This document shows, piece after piece, positions 63,867-64,000 of a DNA stretch of 64,000 bases (its first letter is position 1; each line of letters starts with the position of its first letter). A program made the position numbers and the translations under genes. The DNA is from Gemmatales bacterium (lineage in GTDB: Bacteria; Planctomycetota; Planctomycetia; Gemmatales; HRBIN36). The DNA is taken from positions 5,586 to 69,585 of the forward strand of contig JBDHUG010000012.1 of the NCBI GenBank assembly GCA_039809045.1, given 5' to 3'. Below the pieces are notes generated by a model. That model had not been told where the DNA came from. It made no database searches and worked only from the letters and a program-made list of their open reading frames with translations.

Positions 63867-64000
63867 ATGCCTCACAGTTACGCAACAGGGCCAAAAAAAG
63901 TGGATACCCCACCCAACGCGGCTACAACCACTCCAAACAATGGAGGGAAACTGAGCCTTTTGCTTGTTGATGACGATCAAGATTATCGTTCGATTGTCGC
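63867..64000 (+). CDS. probable response regulator, N-terminal fragment (3' end outside window)
   Basis: ATG at 63867. The frame is open to the window end, and ...KLSLLLVDDDQDYRSIV matches the start of a receiver domain after a short low-complexity leader. Confidence 0.4.
   Translation, partial: MPHSYATGPKKVDTPPNAATTTPNNGGKLSLLLVDDDQDYRSIV

Noticed and set aside
1-64000. CRISPR arrays, IS elements, integrases, prophage genes, toxin-antitoxin pairs, rRNA/tRNA genes
   Set aside because: I scanned the ORF products and all intergenic regions longer than 100 bp. I saw no repeat-spacer periodicity, no transposase, integrase or phage-like products, and no RNA-gene signatures.

Overview
This is a densely packed 64-kb chromosomal segment with about 43 protein-coding genes on both strands. 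By eye I found no rRNA or tRNA genes, CRISPR arrays, transposases or integrases. The gene content points to Planctomycetota (Planctomycetia-like); this is inference, not proof. The supporting genes are a PSCyt/DUF1549/DUF1553 + DUF1501 pair, two DUF1559 'H-X9-DG'-type proteins, two formylglycine-type sulfatases, a Ser/Thr kinase with TPR repeats, and very large secreted ORFs. Ordinary genes include a deaminase, a UDP-xylose synthase-like SDR, rnd, RidA, ggt, trpE, an Mrp/ApbC ATPase, an OmpR-type two-component pair and a TolC/HlyD/MacB-like efflux operon. Five regions deserve a second look. (1) A 2116-aa secreted orphan protein (30108-36458) sits at the window centre. It shares a 429-bp AT-rich divergent control region with a degenerate TadZ/CpaE-like gene, which converges on an orphan CpaF ATPase; no pilin, platform or secretin genes are present. 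(2) A seven-gene minus-strand operon (53842-62602) encodes a Tat-exported NXR/NAR-type (type II DMSO reductase family) molybdoenzyme. It has a C-x3-D-x3-C FS0 motif, a NarH-like beta subunit, a TorD-like chaperone, a fused TM/di-haem-c/EB_dh-type gamma subunit, an unassigned acidic 136-aa ORF between alpha and beta, and a hemerythrin and AhpD-like tail. An amicyanin-like cupredoxin lies divergently next to it. (3) A MarR gene is translationally coupled to a flavin-dependent-halogenase-like gene (GxGxxG + WxWxIP), with a perfect 12-bp palindrome upstream. (4) A 1206-aa single-chain GltD-like + PyrK-like (NfnAB/SudAB-like) oxidoreductase carries an unassigned N-terminal region of roughly 270 aa. 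(5) An Sm-like small protein lies divergent from RNase D. All functional calls come from motif and family recognition by eye. No database search was run.
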